Source: Ruminococcus albus 7 = DSM 20455
Lineage (GTDB): Bacteria; Bacillota; Clostridia; Oscillospirales; Ruminococcaceae
Direction: 5' to 3'
DNA length: 32,000 bases
Assembly: GCF_000179635.2 (NCBI RefSeq)
Contig: NC_014833.1
Location: forward strand, 750,001 to 782,000
Position 1 is the first letter of the stretch; every line of letters begins with the position of its first letter. The notes below the pieces were generated by a model. It saw nothing but the letters and a program-made list of their open reading frames with translations. It was not told the origin of the DNA and made no database searches. Of the stretch, positions 15,331 through 23,155 are shown one piece after another. The translations under genes were made by a program, and so were the position numbers.

Positions 15331-16353
15331 TATGGTTATCCCTTTAACACACCACAAGTAAGATCACTGCACCAAAGCAGCCAAAAGCCTTAAATACGCA
15401 CTGTTTCCCAGCTTACGACGGTTGAATTTGTAGCAGTATTCGGCAGCATATAACGCTGTGTGGATCTTTTCGTTTCCGTGGTAAGTTCCCATGATCATTG
15501 CTTTGAAGTTTGATATAACTTTATGCATCCAGTTCAGCTGACCGCTTGTCGGATCATATGTTTCAAAAACATGGAAGTATTTCTGTGCCAACGGTTTCTT
15601 GTAACTTCGAGCATTATCACTCTCGATCTTCGAGCCTGCGCGGATATTATCCCTGGCAAATCTACCAACAGTTATACCCTTTAAATTCGGCACATCGCTC
15701 ATTTTAACGTACTCGGGATTTCCTGCTGCGTTCTTTGACAAAGCTACTATCATCTTGACTTTTTCAGTTCCTCTGCCACGCTTTTTACCGTGAGTCGGAG
15801 CACCGAGATACGTGTCATCAAGTTCAACGATCCCGTCAAGCAAATAGCGTTCTTCACGGCATTTCATAGCTTTTCTGATGCGATGAAGGATGTACCATGC
15901 AGTCTTGTAGGTCACCCCCAAAGACCTCATCAGCGTAACAGCAGAAACGCTGCATTTGTTGCTCATAATGAGGAATGCGGTGACTATCCACAGTCTGAGC
16001 GGAATATGTGTTCTGTGCATAAAAGTTCCGTTTGTGGCGGATATATCTGCTTTACAGAACTTGCATCGCAGCAGATGGCGTGACCTTATCCTGCGGTACT
16101 CAGAGCCACCGCAAAACGGGCAGGCAAAACCCTTTTCAAAGCGGATATCAAGCAGAAAATCCTTGCAAAAGCTTTCATCTGCGAACTTTGAGTATATCCC
16201 ATCAAGTGTGATCTCAGGTTTCGGAAATCTTTTTGACATAGCGACAGCTCCCTTCGGTTTCTGTCACTATTATACTATATTTTCTGAGTTTTGAGGTCTG
16301 TTTATTTGGACAGCATTGTAAATTATCTGTGGTGTGTTAAAGGGATAACCATG
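15331..16353 (-). mobile_element. IS1595-family insertion sequence, copy A (1023 bp)
   Basis: Terminal inverted repeats ATGGTTATCCCTTTAACACACCACA at both ends. 8-bp target-site duplication ATATAAAA. Single transposase ORF. Confidence 0.88.
15364..16239 (-). CDS. IS1595-family (ISXO2-like) transposase with N-terminal zinc ribbon
   Basis: 291 aa with CPFCGGSEY...CKFC zinc ribbon, VELDDTYLG and ESDNARSY DDE-type blocks. The translation is identical to that of 17013..17888. Confidence 0.9.
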   Translation of the reverse strand: MSKRFPKPEITLDGIYSKFADESFCKDFLLDIRFEKGFACPFCGGSEYRRIRSRHLLRCKFCKADISATNGTFMHRTHIPLRLWIVTAFLIMSNKCSVSAVTLMRSLGVTYKTAWYILHRIRKAMKCREERYLLDGIVELDDTYLGAPTHGKKRGRGTEKVKMIVALSKNAAGNPEYVKMSDVPNLKGITVGRFARDNIRAGSKIESDNARSYKKPLAQKYFHVFETYDPTSGQLNWMHKVISNFKAMIMGTYHGNEKIHTALYAAEYCYKFNRRKLGNSAYLRLLAALVQ

Positions 16354-16898
16354 ATATAAAAAAGTATAGGACGATTGCAGGACTAACACAAGTTCAGTTG
16401 TGTGAGAAAACTGGAATCAGTTTAAGCTATCTTACGAAACTGGAATCTGCTAAGTGTGATAAGAGTGTTTCTCTTTCTTTTCTTAACTTGTTAGCTAATA
16501 CGCTGAATGTTGATATTACTGTATTTTTCAAGGAGAGTGATTAACTATGCCAAGAACCCCGAATACACACGGCGGTGGAGCATTAACAAATGCAAATGGG
16601 TTGCATTTTGAACAGACTACTGACTTAGATGATGCTTTAATTAGAAAAGGATATAGCATTTCAAAAATAGGTGAAGTGTATGGTAATGGTATACATATAG
16701 GATTCAGCAAAAGAAAAAAAGATTTTAGACGATTTTTACAAGCAAACGGAGTGAATTTAAGTGTTAATTCAGATGCTTTAGAACCAGATGATGCTTTCAT
16801 AAACGTCAGAAATCAAACCGTATATATAATTGAAAAGAAATTCCAAAGTGTATCAGGTTCTGTCGATGAAAAACTTCAAACATGCTTATATAAAAAAA

Positions 16899-17921
16899 CA
16901 TGGTTATCCCTTTAACACACCACAGATAATTTACAATGCTGTCCAAATAAACAGACCTCAAAACTCAGAAAATATAGTATAATAGTGACAGAAACCGAAG
17001 GGAGCTGTCGCTATGTCAAAAAGATTTCCGAAACCTGAGATCACACTTGATGGGATATACTCAAAGTTCGCAGATGAAAGCTTTTGCAAGGATTTTCTGC
17101 TTGATATCCGCTTTGAAAAGGGTTTTGCCTGCCCGTTTTGCGGTGGCTCTGAGTACCGCAGGATAAGGTCACGCCATCTGCTGCGATGCAAGTTCTGTAA
17201 AGCAGATATATCCGCCACAAACGGAACTTTTATGCACAGAACACATATTCCGCTCAGACTGTGGATAGTCACCGCATTCCTCATTATGAGCAACAAATGC
17301 AGCGTTTCTGCTGTTACGCTGATGAGGTCTTTGGGGGTGACCTACAAGACTGCATGGTACATCCTTCATCGCATCAGAAAAGCTATGAAATGCCGTGAAG
17401 AACGCTATTTGCTTGACGGGATCGTTGAACTTGATGACACGTATCTCGGTGCTCCGACTCACGGTAAAAAGCGTGGCAGAGGAACTGAAAAAGTCAAGAT
17501 GATAGTAGCTTTGTCAAAGAACGCAGCAGGAAATCCCGAGTACGTTAAAATGAGCGATGTGCCGAATTTAAAGGGTATAACTGTTGGTAGATTTGCCAGG
17601 GATAATATCCGCGCAGGCTCGAAGATCGAGAGTGATAATGCTCGAAGTTACAAGAAACCGTTGGCACAGAAATACTTCCATGTTTTTGAAACATATGATC
17701 CGACAAGCGGTCAGCTGAACTGGATGCATAAAGTTATATCAAACTTCAAAGCAATGATCATGGGAACTTACCACGGAAACGAAAAGATCCACACAGCGTT
17801 ATATGCTGCCGAATACTGCTACAAATTCAACCGTCGTAAGCTGGGAAACAGTGCGTATTTAAGGCTTTTGGCTGCTTTGGTGCAGTGATCTTACTTGTGG
17901 TGTGTTAAAGGGATAACCATA
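16899..17921 (+). mobile_element. IS1595-family insertion sequence, copy B (1023 bp), inverted relative to copy A
   Basis: Same terminal inverted repeats as copy A. 8-bp target duplication TAAAAAAA (16891-16898 / 17922-17929). The transposase and even the antisense spurious ORFs translate identically to copy A. Confidence 0.88.
17013..17888 (+). CDS. IS1595-family (ISXO2-like) transposase
   Basis: Its 291-aa product is identical to that of 15364..16239. Confidence 0.9.
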   Translation: MSKRFPKPEITLDGIYSKFADESFCKDFLLDIRFEKGFACPFCGGSEYRRIRSRHLLRCKFCKADISATNGTFMHRTHIPLRLWIVTAFLIMSNKCSVSAVTLMRSLGVTYKTAWYILHRIRKAMKCREERYLLDGIVELDDTYLGAPTHGKKRGRGTEKVKMIVALSKNAAGNPEYVKMSDVPNLKGITVGRFARDNIRAGSKIESDNARSYKKPLAQKYFHVFETYDPTSGQLNWMHKVISNFKAMIMGTYHGNEKIHTALYAAEYCYKFNRRKLGNSAYLRLLAALVQ

Positions 17922-18109
17922 TAAAAAAATGCAGTATGAAAAACTTGTATCACAAATTGGATGTGATATTGTGTATACATATGTGTTAAGCGATTGGTTC
18001 AAGCAGGATAAGTATCGTGATGTATTAAACTATATACAGTATGTAGGTTGTTACTATTTTTTTAATGAACTACCATTAGATTTTTTAGGACTTTAAAAGG
18101 AGTATTATT

Positions 18110-18634
18110 ATGGCAGAACATCAAATCAACTTCAATTTTGATGCAGTTGGGGATAGGAATAAAGTCAGAATGGAAGTTGTTAATGAACTTTCAAAAGAAG
18201 AACCTGGTCAAGGTAAGAAAGATTTAGCAAGCAGATATACCTATTACGTCGAAACTCTTAATGACGGAAATAGGATATACCTTAGAAGACCTGCTAATCT
18301 TCATAATGGATTTGATTTTGTAGTTGGAGTTGAAAACATTAATTTCAATCCAAACGGGAGAAGACGCAGTTATCCAAAACATGATGACATTATTATTGAT
18401 CTAACAGAAAAGAAGAAGGAAAGTTCTAAGAAATATAGACAACTCTATTCGGTATTGGAGAAGGTATATAAATGTGAGTCAATAAGCGCAGATGAAATGT
18501 TTCTGACATTCAAAACCGGATTTACAACAGAATTGATCATTAAAACGTTAAAATGGTTGTTTATCGAGCAGGATATACGATATTGGAATTATTCCGGCAG
18601 AGATATGCTTTGGAACGCAATAAAAAACGTATAG
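18110..18634 (+). CDS. Hypothetical protein (174 aa), last gene of the disrupted C/R operon
   Basis: RBS AAAGGAG lies 7 nt upstream and the ATG is 14 nt after the endonuclease stop. I recognise no family. It contains ...YLRRPANLHNGFDFVVGVENI... and ...WLFIEQDIRYWNYSGRD... Confidence 0.7.
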   Translation: MAEHQINFNFDAVGDRNKVRMEVVNELSKEEPGQGKKDLASRYTYYVETLNDGNRIYLRRPANLHNGFDFVVGVENINFNPNGRRRSYPKHDDIIIDLTEKKKESSKKYRQLYSVLEKVYKCESISADEMFLTFKTGFTTELIIKTLKWLFIEQDIRYWNYSGRDMLWNAIKNV

Positions 18635-18645
18635 GAATATTAACA

Positions 18646-18671
18646 ACGGCTGCACCCGAAGGTACAGCCGT
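18646..18671. terminator. Hairpin between convergent genes (possible bidirectional terminator)
   Basis: ACGGCTG (18646-18652) / CAGCCGT (18665-18671) with a 12-nt loop. No clear U-tract. Confidence 0.35.
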
Positions 18672-18677
18672 CTGCTC

Positions 18678-19094
18678 TCAAATATAAACCATACACTCAA
18701 ACATCGCTTCTCTCGCCATGTAGACAAAGCAGTTCTCCAGACCGAGCATCTTCTCAGCATCACCACTGAGGACAGCTTTCTGATAGCAACTATCGGTCTG
18801 CTTCCAAAGCTCTACCTGACGGGAGATAGCTTCACCGACTTTCCGTTCCATATCATCAAGATACTGAATGATCCTGCCTTCATTGATGAGTTTGCGAAGC
18901 CTGTCGGGACAATGGCTGTCAGAGAAATGAAGATGATACCTGATGAAATCGGTGGTGTACGTCTTGCTCTCCTCGGTCTGTGTATCTGGATTGAAGTGGG
19001 TGACAGTCACGGTGTTGGTGTCCAGTTTCCACAGCGGAATTGATTTCTTTTTCAGAGTGCTGTACGCAGTCTGTTCGCTCTTATATCTGCTCAT
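18678..19094 (-). CDS. TnpV-like transposon-associated protein (tentative)
   Basis: I use ATG 19094 (RBS GAGGTGG) rather than GTG 19103. The C-terminal half (...RLRKLINEGRIIQYLDDMERKVGEAI...AREAMFECMVYI) resembles TnpV proteins of clostridial transposons. This is recalled, not verified. Confidence 0.5.
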   Translation of the reverse strand: MSRYKSEQTAYSTLKKKSIPLWKLDTNTVTVTHFNPDTQTEESKTYTTDFIRYHLHFSDSHCPDRLRKLINEGRIIQYLDDMERKVGEAISRQVELWKQTDSCYQKAVLSGDAEKMLGLENCFVYMAREAMFECMVYI

Positions 19095-19104
19095 ACCGTC
19101 CACC

Positions 19105-19377
19105 TCACTTAATGGGCTTTATCATTTCAATGACGAGTTGTGCGCCGACCTTAAAGCCTTTGCGGAACTCATTGCGGTTGGAGAGATTGTGCAGTTCAAT
19201 GTCCGCTGTCTGATATTCGTCAAGAATTTCAGTGCTGTCGGGATAGGCTTTTTTCAGTTCGGCTTCTGCCTTGACGAGCCTGTCGAGGGCTTTCTTGTAT
19301 GAACCGTCCATATCCTCAATTTCGGTCAGGTGGAACAGGTCATAATCGTAAAGTTCGTCGAGAATATTTCTACTCAT
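19105..19377 (-). CDS. Small acidic hypothetical protein (90 aa) upstream of the TnpV-like gene
   Basis: RBS GGAGG. ORF ends 19105, 10 nt before my preferred TnpV-like start ATG 19094 (1 nt before the track's GTG 19103). Contains ...NRNEFRKGFKVGAQLVIEM... Confidence 0.65.
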   Translation of the reverse strand: MSRNILDELYDYDLFHLTEIEDMDGSYKKALDRLVKAEAELKKAYPDSTEILDEYQTADIELHNLSNRNEFRKGFKVGAQLVIEMIKPIK

Positions 19378-19468
19378 TGTAAAACCTCCAGTTTGACTTT
19401 CATTTCATCTGAAATGAAAAAAATCCGATCAACAATAGATTTGAAAAGATACGCCGTGATGTGATTCT

Positions 19469-19489
19469 TGTTCTTTATTTGTTCTTTAT
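19469..19489 (+). repeat. Direct repeat TGTTCTTTAT x2 (candidate arm-type sites, right arm of IME-1)
   Basis: TGTTCTTTAT at 19469-19478 and 19480-19489, flanked by GTGATG...CATCAC. Same motif and orientation as 4182-4202. Confidence 0.45.
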
Positions 19490-19606
19490 CATCACAAAAA
19501 GTTGGCATAAAACAGAGTAAGTGAGCTTTTGCAACTTGCTCTGAAATGCCGTATTTTTCCGCATTTTTTCAAACTTACTGAAAATCAGATAAATGGGTGG
19601 GGGATT

Positions 19607-19691
19607 TTCAATTCCCGTACGGGTCACCAATCAATGTTCTCGGAAACAGCGTAATATCGCCGTTTCCGAGTTTTTCTTTTATACTGAAAAA
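19607..19691 (+). repeat. attR of IME-1 / attL of IME-2: second copy of the tRNA-Glu 3' end plus terminator repeat
   Basis: 19607-19629 is identical to 4091-4113. It includes the terminator stem 19639-19647 / 19662-19670 and the T-run. Upstream of 19607 there is no tRNA body. Confidence 0.85.
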
Positions 19692-19697
19692 TGGGTT

Positions 19698-19719
19698 TGT
19701 CCGCTACTTGTCCGCTACT
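19698..19719 (+). repeat. Tandem 11-bp repeat TGTCCGCTACT x2 with inverted partial copy (candidate IME-2 arm-type site / int terminator)
   Basis: Copies at 19698-19708 and 19709-19719, with an inverted GTAGCGGACA at 28-37 (19728-19737). It lies between the att core and the integrase stop. Confidence 0.4.
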
Positions 19720-19745
19720 GCGATTTTGTAGCGGACAGCTTTGTT

Positions 19746-20927
19746 TTAACTTGTGCTATCCTGCGGAAGAAAGCTGAACGCTCCGTCCATTGCCTGAGCC
19801 ACTCTCGCCTGTGCAGTCTGGAACATATGAGCATAGACGTTCAAAGTCGTTCCCGAATTGCAATGTCCTAACGCACCCGATACTGTTACCACATCAAGCC
19901 CCGATGAGATCAAGGCAGAAGCTGCGAAATGACGGAAGCTGTGAATACCGTAGAAAGGCATATCGTTCTTCTCGCAGAACTCTTTCAGCCAGCCGTAAGG
20001 TGTCTGGTTGTTCATGGGTTCGCCGTTCCACTTGACGAACAGCCTGTCGCTCTCTACCCACTTGTCACCAAGCCTGAGTGCTTCCTCGTCCTGCTCATCT
20101 TTCAGCTCTTTGAGGATATTCATAATGTACGGACTGATCTTCAGCACACGCTTTGAGCGTTTGGTCTTGGTGGTGTCGGTGTAGATGCCACGCTCTGCCG
20201 TGTAATTGCTCGTTCTCTTGATGCTGATAATATTGTTCTCGAAGTCGATGTCCTTCCATTCAAGACCGAGCATTTCGCTCCTGCGGAAACCGCTGTACGC
20301 TATCAGATAGAAGAAAGCTCTGTACTTCGTGTCCTCGCCGTTGATAGCCGTCAGAAGCTGTGCGATCTCTTCCTGAGAGTAGATAGGCTTCTCCTTGACC
20401 TCGCCTTTCGGGATAGTCACTTTCCTGCACGGATTATCAGATACCAAGTCCATACGAACAGCGTAGCTGAACACGTCCGATATAAAGCTCAGGTTGTGAC
20501 GAATCGTCTTCGGTGCGAGGGGCTTGCCTGTCTTTTCGTTCGCTCCCTCTTTGGCGAGAGAGTTCACGAAGCCCTGCAAGTGCCTTGCGGTTATCTTGTC
20601 GATACGCAGATGACCGATAGCAGGATAGACACGGTGCGTGAGCTGGAGCATACGCTCGTATGTAGTGCTTCTGAGAGCATTCTTGGCGTAGTTCTCGAAC
20701 CATTCCTCCGCAAGCTCCTGAAACTTCATAGCAGAAGTCTTGTAGCCGTGGTTGACAGCTTCCTCGAACATGACTGCCTGTCTGTTCAGTTCCTTTTCGA
20801 TCTGCTTCTTGCTCATACCCTCTTCGGGTCGCCAAGTCATGGACTGCTCCATGTGTTTACCGTTTACATCATAGCCACAGCTTACTCTGATAAGGTAGCT
20901 GTCGCCACGTTTCTTTATGGTTGCCAT
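19746..20927 (-). CDS. int: Tyrosine recombinase / integrase of IME-2
   Basis: 393 aa starting MATIKKRGDSYLIRVSCGYD. Has HSFRHFAASALI and GHCNSGTTLNVYAH blocks, and shares WKD(V/I)DFENNIIS with the IME-1 integrase. RBS AGGAGG. Confidence 0.93.
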   Translation of the reverse strand: MATIKKRGDSYLIRVSCGYDVNGKHMEQSMTWRPEEGMSKKQIEKELNRQAVMFEEAVNHGYKTSAMKFQELAEEWFENYAKNALRSTTYERMLQLTHRVYPAIGHLRIDKITARHLQGFVNSLAKEGANEKTGKPLAPKTIRHNLSFISDVFSYAVRMDLVSDNPCRKVTIPKGEVKEKPIYSQEEIAQLLTAINGEDTKYRAFFYLIAYSGFRRSEMLGLEWKDIDFENNIISIKRTSNYTAERGIYTDTTKTKRSKRVLKISPYIMNILKELKDEQDEEALRLGDKWVESDRLFVKWNGEPMNNQTPYGWLKEFCEKNDMPFYGIHSFRHFAASALISSGLDVVTVSGALGHCNSGTTLNVYAHMFQTAQARVAQAMDGAFSFLPQDSTS

Positions 20928-21057
20928 AAATTACCTCCTAAAAATCTATGACATACCCTTGTACATCTATAATCTTAGCGCAATATTCCGCTGTTGTCAA
21001 GAGATTTGACGTATCTTTTCAGGGTATGTCATAATGTTATTCTTTTGTCCTGATCTG

Positions 21058-22254
21058 TTATTCTAATTCTGTACTTCTCGACCTGTTATATCGGTACTTT
21101 GCGAAGTCCTCCGTCAGTCCACAGGCAGATATGAAAGCCCTTGCCTTTTGCAGGTCACGGGATAGCTGATCTTCACGTTTGATACGCTTAGCTTCGGCGT
21201 TCTGCTTTTCACGGGAGAAGAAACGCTTGTCCTCCTCTTTCTTTTTGTAGGCAGAAAGCTCCGAGGAAACGGCTTCAAACTGCTGTTTCATAGCACCAAG
21301 TTCCTGCACGGCAGCATCACGTTCTTTTTTCAGCTTTTTGATGTTCTTTTCCATAGCGACATACTTCTTTGCGGTGTCGCTGAGTTTATCATAGTCCTCC
21401 TTAGTGAGAGTGACCTTTTTGCCGAACATAGACTCCTTAGCTTCGATGCTCTCTATCTCGGTGATATTCACTTTCTTCTTGGAGAGCTTCTCAAACTCTG
21501 CAACAGTCTCGTCACGCTCTGCGGTAAGCCTTTCGATCTCAGCGTTAAGGGCGTTTATCTTGTCCTGATGCTCGCCGTATTCCTCGACCGTGTAGCTGTA
21601 ACCCCTGGACTTCTTAGGCTCGCTGATCTCGATACCGTGAGCATTACAGATATTCTTCAAAATATCCCACTCGGCAAGTCTCCAACGGTTGTTCGCCTTT
21701 GCGTCCTTTCCGAAGTTCATTTCTTCGAGAGCTTTGTTCTTGGCGTTGCGAACTTCAAGACCGTTTTTGAAATGTCCTATGGGGATATAGTCGATGTGCA
21801 GATGCGGTGTCGATTCATCAAGGTGCATAACAGCGTTGAACACATAGAAATTCGGGTTTCTCTCCTGAAAGCCCTCCATGTATTCACGCAGGCACTCTTT
21901 CGTTATCTCTGCATCGGGAGTACCTATGCCTGAATCCTTTTTCGTTCCGATGTAAACGAGATGTTCATAGAAGCATTTCTGCTTGTTGGCGTTGACAATA
22001 AAACTCTTGCTGGGCGGACGATTGAACAGGTGTTCAAAGTAGTCACCGATCTTGCGATCCTTTCTTTTCTGACGGGCGTTATACTTCTCGACTGCTTCAT
22101 CAAAAAGCTGGTGATAGGCTTCTCCCAATTCCTGCTGAACGAACACGATGTTGTTCGGCGTTCTGGAGCTGTCGATATTCTTGGCAGTGAACTCTCTGTT
22201 GTTATGTGAAAGGCTGCCTTTACCCTCACACATAGAGATTGATTTTTCACTCAT
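21058..22254 (-). CDS. mob: MobV/Pre-family relaxase of IME-2
   Basis: 398 aa with GKGSLSHNNRE and MHLDESTPHLHIDYIPI motifs. RBS AAGGAGA. Confidence 0.92.
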   Translation of the reverse strand: MSEKSISMCEGKGSLSHNNREFTAKNIDSSRTPNNIVFVQQELGEAYHQLFDEAVEKYNARQKRKDRKIGDYFEHLFNRPPSKSFIVNANKQKCFYEHLVYIGTKKDSGIGTPDAEITKECLREYMEGFQERNPNFYVFNAVMHLDESTPHLHIDYIPIGHFKNGLEVRNAKNKALEEMNFGKDAKANNRWRLAEWDILKNICNAHGIEISEPKKSRGYSYTVEEYGEHQDKINALNAEIERLTAERDETVAEFEKLSKKKVNITEIESIEAKESMFGKKVTLTKEDYDKLSDTAKKYVAMEKNIKKLKKERDAAVQELGAMKQQFEAVSSELSAYKKKEEDKRFFSREKQNAEAKRIKREDQLSRDLQKARAFISACGLTEDFAKYRYNRSRSTELE

Positions 22255-22506
22255 AAAAATGTCTCCTTTTTATATTTTTATTGAACCCTCTGACGAGGGA
22301 AAACAGGTACGCAAAAGGCTTGATGCCTTTGCTATGCGAGCGCCCTTGATGGGCTTTGATTGGCTTGCAACGATACAGTGGTGATCGGCAAACCAAACGG
22401 TGCGAAGCACCGGATTTACTTGCGGAGTGCCGCCAGTAACCCCAAAGCACTTTTGACAGCCGCATACACGACTATCAAAAATGCCGGGGCTCTGCGAGGC
22501 TCCTAT

Positions 22507-22533
22507 CGGCTGACGGAGCAGCCGAAAATGTGG
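22507..22533. other. Candidate oriT core of IME-2
   Basis: CGGCTG-ACGGAG-CAGCCG hairpin followed by AAAATGTGG. The stem and 3' flank are identical to IME-1 while the loop differs. Confidence 0.45.
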
Positions 22534-22595
22534 GTGCATTTATTCAAAAATCCGCATTACAAAATTTCAGAAATGCGATTCTGAAAATTGTAAAA

Positions 22596-22769
22596 TCAGA
22601 ACGGAAGCTCTACCTCAACTTCGTACTGTTCAAGGAGCTGATTAATCTCTTTTTCGTAGAGCCTGATCTCCTCATTCGACAGGTACTCATAGTAGCGAGC
22701 GAGAGCATCACGGAGATGCAGACCGCTTCTTTTCCAGAGGAAGAATTTCAGCGTTTCGAGTTTGTTCAT
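22596..22769 (-). CDS. Small conserved IME backbone protein (57 aa); below the ORF-track cutoff
   Basis: My translation: MNKLETLKFFLWKRSGLHLRDALARYYEYLSNEEIRLYEKEINQLLEQYEVEVELPF*. The start lies 3 nt after the HTH gene stop. Positional homolog of 7234..7416. Confidence 0.6.
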   Translation of the reverse strand: MNKLETLKFFLWKRSGLHLRDALARYYEYLSNEEIRLYEKEINQLLEQYEVEVELPF

Positions 22770-22772
22770 GTC

Positions 22773-23069
22773 TCACACCTCCTTCCCGTTGAAATACTCC
22801 ACAAGGTCAGCCTTGTTCACGAGTATTTTTCCGTTCCTGCCTGCACCTGTTCTTACGGACTTGACCTTGCCCTGTCTCACAAGCTGGCGTACTGTGTGTT
22901 CGGAAAGTCCGCTGATGAGTTCGGCGCTCTCCTTGATAGTCAGCATCTCGACCTTGTTGGAAGTCGGTGCTTTGACGGTCTGCGGAACGGAGTATTCTTC
23001 GTCCTCAGTGAGCTTAATCAGAAGCTCAAGAATGTTGTCTACGATTGCTTTCTTTTCTGTTGTATTCAT
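22773..23069 (-). CDS. xis: Excisionase-family HTH DNA-binding protein (IME-2)
   Basis: I use ATG 23069 (MNTTEKKAIVDNILELL...), which aligns with the IME-1 MTTTQKKAIVDNILELL. C-terminal region MLTIKESAELISGLSEHTVRQLVRQGKVKSVRTGAGRNGKILVNKADLVEYF. Confidence 0.75.
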   Translation of the reverse strand: MNTTEKKAIVDNILELLIKLTEDEEYSVPQTVKAPTSNKVEMLTIKESAELISGLSEHTVRQLVRQGKVKSVRTGAGRNGKILVNKADLVEYFNGKEV

Positions 23070-23155
23070 AGTAATAAACCTCTCTCTTTCTACGGTTTTT
23101 ATGTTGTGAACTTTAAACATTTTAAGCACAATAGCTCCTATAATGTCTAAAATGT

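Larger units (their letters stand above)
15277..16544 (+). pseudogene. XRE-family HTH controller (C) protein gene, interrupted by IS1595-family copy A
   Basis: The N-terminal piece ...VLFESDEKLYAVIGKNIK ends at the 8-bp duplication ATATAAAA (15323-15330). After the IS it resumes in frame from the second ATATAAAA (16354-16361): KYRTIAGLTQVQLCEKTGISLSYLTKLESAKCDKSVSLSFLNLLANTLNVDITVFFKESD*. The start codon (GTG 15277 or TTG 15280) is uncertain. Confidence 0.75.
16547..18096 (+). pseudogene. Small PD-(D/E)xK-type putative restriction endonuclease, interrupted by IS1595-family copy B
   Basis: Its ATG lies 3 nt after the C-gene stop, with RBS AAGGAGAG. It carries EPDDAF...YIIEKKFQSVSGSVDEKL (PD..ExK). 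Removing the IS plus one TAAAAAAA copy restores a 172-aa frame: ...LQTCLYKK|MQYEKLVSQIGCDIVYTYVLSDWFKQDKYRDVLNYIQYVGCYYFFNELPLDFLGL*. The nuclease call rests on motif and context only. Confidence 0.55.
4091..19691 (-). mobile_element. IME-1: integrative mobilizable element (~15.6 kb) in tRNA-Glu, carrying R-M/Abi cargo
   Basis: Bounded by the direct att repeats. A tyrosine integrase sits next to the tRNA. It has a MobV relaxase and candidate oriT but no conjugation (T4SS) genes. The backbone is paralogous to the second element. Confidence 0.8.

Noticed and set aside
15331-17921. Reading the two inverted IS1595 copies as one composite transposon that delivered the 545-bp middle segment
   Set aside because: Each copy is flanked by its own matching 8-bp duplication (ATATAAAA, TAAAAAAA). 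The middle segment joins both outer flanks in frame to rebuild the C gene and the nuclease gene. These are therefore two independent insertions into a pre-existing operon.
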